DNA of 62,097 nucleotides, counting the filler, from Barthelona sp. PAP020 (Eukaryota), in the NCBI GenBank assembly GCA_040182905.1. It is 2 parts of 2 records of this genome, joined end to end, with 100 filler letters (N's around TTAATTAATTAA, not from the genome) between each part and the next. Parts side by side here need not be neighbours in the genome. Positions count along the whole stretch, not along the records: positions 31,111 to 62,097 come from JARQWU010000110.1; 1 more part is not named here. The stretch is one strand, 5' to 3'. Both the position numbers and the translations under genes were made by a program. Below, one piece after another: positions 59,501-62,097 of the stretch. Position 1 is the stretch's first letter; each line of letters opens with the position of its first letter. The notes beneath the pieces are model-generated. The model did no database searches. It was not told where the DNA came from and was given only the letters and a program-made list of their open reading frames with translations.

Positions 59501-61666
59501 ATGCCTCAGCTACCTCGAGTAAGCTCTCGAAATTCCCAAGTTGGAACAAAAGTGGAAGATAGTGATAGATATGCAAAACCTCAAATATTATCATCGAAAA
59601 CAGAAGGATTACGTTTAACATTTGAACGTTTAAGGTTAAGAAATGAAGAATTAATGGATGAATTAAATGAAGAACGAGCAGAATATCAAGCTGATTCAAC
59701 AAGTGATGCTTTAAATATGAGAGAAAGAAATGAATTAGAAGAACGTTTACGTGAGCTAAGATTAAAATTTGATCATTTGAATGATGAAAATCGATTGTAC
59801 AAGCATGTAATTAGAGATTTGACACAACATCAAAGAGATTTATATGTAATGATTCATCAAGGAAAGACGGTTGATAACAGAGAAAGATATAATGCCAAGC
59901 AAATTGCTTCAAAAGAGCAAATATTGGATAGAACATCAAAGAACTTGAATTTAGTTATAACTGAGAATGAGAAACTACAACAAGAGTTAAAGTTTATTCA
60001 AAATGAAGAGGATAAATATTTGAAAATCCATAAGGATCTTGTAGAAGAAAGGAAATTGTTAATAAATGAGATTGTCACTCAAACAGATGAGATTTCTCGT
60101 TTGAATCTGCTCAAAGAATCCACAGCTGGTGAAATTGCAACTGCAGCTGCACAATTTGCACGAGAAAAGGAAAGGTGGAATTCAGAAATGAACGAATTAA
60201 GAAGAGCCTTAATGAGTGACCAAAAGTTTCAAGAAGTTCGACTTTCAAGTTTAGTCAATGCAAAAAATACAAAATCTTTGAAGAAAGATTTTTATCTTTT
60301 ACTTCAGCGTATTCAACGTAGCAGAAAAAAACAATACACAAACAGGGTTACTAATGGAAATACTCAAAGGGATACAGCAAGAGGTGTTGATTCTTCAAGA
60401 AAATCTGCCCCGATGTTGCCATCAAATTCAATGGCAAATTCGATGTCTCGTGCCTTTAGCAGACGTACAACTTCATCACCCAATTATAATCTTGGAAATC
60501 AAACACCTCAAACACCTACTGGAAAGAATAGATCTTCATCCATGTTTTTGATGCGAAAATCAAGAAAATCGGATTCAAATGATAGAGTTAGCAGTGTTAT
60601 CATTGGAAACAACTCTTCTTTAACTGATGAAGGGTCTACAGATGAACCTAATGTTGATCTCGAAGACTTTGTGAAAAGAGTAATGACTTCCAGTGAAATA
60701 AGTGTTGCTACATTAGATACAATTGTTACCCTAATAAAGGAGTTTGTTGATTTGCGAGTTGAATTGTATTCCGTAAGAAGAGAGTTGGGTCAGTACAAGA
60801 ACACTGCAGCCACTGCTGACTCAATTACAATAATGAAAATTTCACGAGTTTTACAAGACCGTTTAGCTTCAATAAATGAAGATTACACAAATTTGATTAC
60901 ACAGGTTGAAGAAACCAGAGATCATCTAATAGCATTAGAAACAGCTTTACAATCAATTTCAAAGGTTCTTAACATTACTAATGTGGTATTTCCTTTGGCT
61001 GGTATGAAGAATGTAAGAAAACAATCTCAAAACCAACCTCCAAACTGTTCAGAAGCGTTGATTCCATGTGAAGAACATGAACAAAAATTAAAACAATGCC
61101 TAGGAATTGTTGAAGATGTAATTACCAGAAAAGCAGAGAAGAACGCTTTTGATAAAGGTGTCACGAAAACCCCTCATCTTGTAATGCAAAAATTTTCCAT
61201 AAATAGACCTCAAATTAGCGGCTCAATGGGAAGTCATTCTAGTCCCAGGAATGGGAAATCTTCTCTGGGTTTAGAAACTATTGCTGATCTTGTCAATCAA
61301 CAAAGAATTGGGCAATTGATTATGAATGATTCGTTGGCCGTTGATTTAGCATCTCCTCGAAATCGTTTGGTTGATGATGAAGACAATGATGCTGAGTTAC
61401 CAATTTTAACCCGAGAATTTGCAATGACAAACACTTTGCAATTAGTTAAAAAACACGAAAGAGAATTATCTAGAAAAACAAAGAAAAAACATCAAAAAAC
61501 TTCAACTTTAAATTCTCGTTTAAATAAGATTAAAGGTCCCAACAGTGGTGTTGCTTCTTCTCCTTCAAATAAAGATACAATAAGTAATATCAGCAGCAAT
61601 AATAATTCCTACAGTGCCATTGGAAATCTTCCTATGGTTGTTAATGATAATGATTCGGTTTATTGA
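59501..61666 (+). CDS. Hypothetical coiled-coil protein with Ser/Asn-rich regions (possibly flagellar or cytoskeletal)
   Basis: 721-aa ORF with N-terminal and central coiled coils separated by low-complexity sequence. Confidence 0.8.
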   Translation: MPQLPRVSSRNSQVGTKVEDSDRYAKPQILSSKTEGLRLTFERLRLRNEELMDELNEERAEYQADSTSDALNMRERNELEERLRELRLKFDHLNDENRLYKHVIRDLTQHQRDLYVMIHQGKTVDNRERYNAKQIASKEQILDRTSKNLNLVITENEKLQQELKFIQNEEDKYLKIHKDLVEERKLLINEIVTQTDEISRLNLLKESTAGEIATAAAQFAREKERWNSEMNELRRALMSDQKFQEVRLSSLVNAKNTKSLKKDFYLLLQRIQRSRKKQYTNRVTNGNTQRDTARGVDSSRKSAPMLPSNSMANSMSRAFSRRTTSSPNYNLGNQTPQTPTGKNRSSSMFLMRKSRKSDSNDRVSSVIIGNNSSLTDEGSTDEPNVDLEDFVKRVMTSSEISVATLDTIVTLIKEFVDLRVELYSVRRELGQYKNTAATADSITIMKISRVLQDRLASINEDYTNLITQVEETRDHLIALETALQSISKVLNITNVVFPLAGMKNVRKQSQNQPPNCSEALIPCEEHEQKLKQCLGIVEDVITRKAEKNAFDKGVTKTPHLVMQKFSINRPQISGSMGSHSSPRNGKSSLGLETIADLVNQQRIGQLIMNDSLAVDLASPRNRLVDDEDNDAELPILTREFAMTNTLQLVKKHERELSRKTKKKHQKTSTLNSRLNKIKGPNSGVASSPSNKDTISNISSNNNSYSAIGNLPMVVNDNDSVY

Positions 61667-61872
61667 GTTGTTTTTAGTTTTTCATTGTACATATCGATTT
61701 GGCTTATCTTCTGCGTTATTATAACACAATTCCAATAAATTTTATATATTTTTCTTTTTTTATTTTGTAATTTGTAGTTTTTCGATTGTAATTGAATGTT
61801 GAAATTTGTTGATTTTAAGAGAAAATTGAAATCTAAATTTGCCTGCATTTTTTTCTTTTTGATGAAAGGTTT

Positions 61873-62097
61873 ATGAGTCATTTAGGATCACAACCGCTTC
61901 AACTAGATCCAGTGTTAAAAGATATCAAACTTGAAGAGACTAATAACTTGAACAAATCATTGAATGAATTGTTTTCACATGGATTTTTGTTATATGACAG
62001 TAGATCCTATGATTTATTAACTAGTGAAATAGAATCATTGAATTTATTGCAAAATAGAAATGACTCAATGTTTGAGACTTTATATTTGCATTTTATT
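61873..62097 (+). CDS. 5' part of a gene truncated by the window end (MSHLGSQPLQLDPVLKDIKLEETNNLNKSLNELFSHG...)
   Basis: ATG at 61873 opens 75 stop-free codons to the window edge; absent from the ORF track because it has no stop. Confidence 0.65.
   Translation, partial: MSHLGSQPLQLDPVLKDIKLEETNNLNKSLNELFSHGFLLYDSRSYDLLTSEIESLNLLQNRNDSMFETLYLHFI

Overview
AT-rich, gene-dense, almost intron-free eukaryotic nuclear DNA using the standard genetic code (intact genes end in TAA, TAG or TGA). Axonemal genes (inner-arm dynein I1/f alpha heavy chain, CFAP100, kinesin-9), two 35-37 nt spliceosomal introns and prokaryote-type enzymes (Fe-S L-serine dehydratase, D-2-hydroxyacid dehydrogenase, stand-alone ThiF) point to a flagellated protist, probably an anaerobic, metamonad-like one; this is inference, not an identification. 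The window joins two sequences through an artificial 100-bp N/TTAATTAATTAA linker at 31011-31110. It holds about 33 protein genes, one tRNA-Ile(AAU), a decayed kinase-WD40 pseudogene and other decayed coding-like stretches. The most intriguing unexplained signals are three intergenic, G-U-rich folded elements (9339-9492 +, 14840-14930 -, 15004-15216 +) that match no RNA family I recognise. Two of them share an apical 'UAA-[mini-stem with AGC loop]-CGGG' motif. Also notable are a uORF plus an AUG-sequestering hairpin ahead of the serine dehydratase, and a 2,033-aa Kelch/coiled-coil protein with recently amplified hendecad-rich and heptad repeats. All family calls and RNA pairings were made by eye; no searches or folding programs were run.
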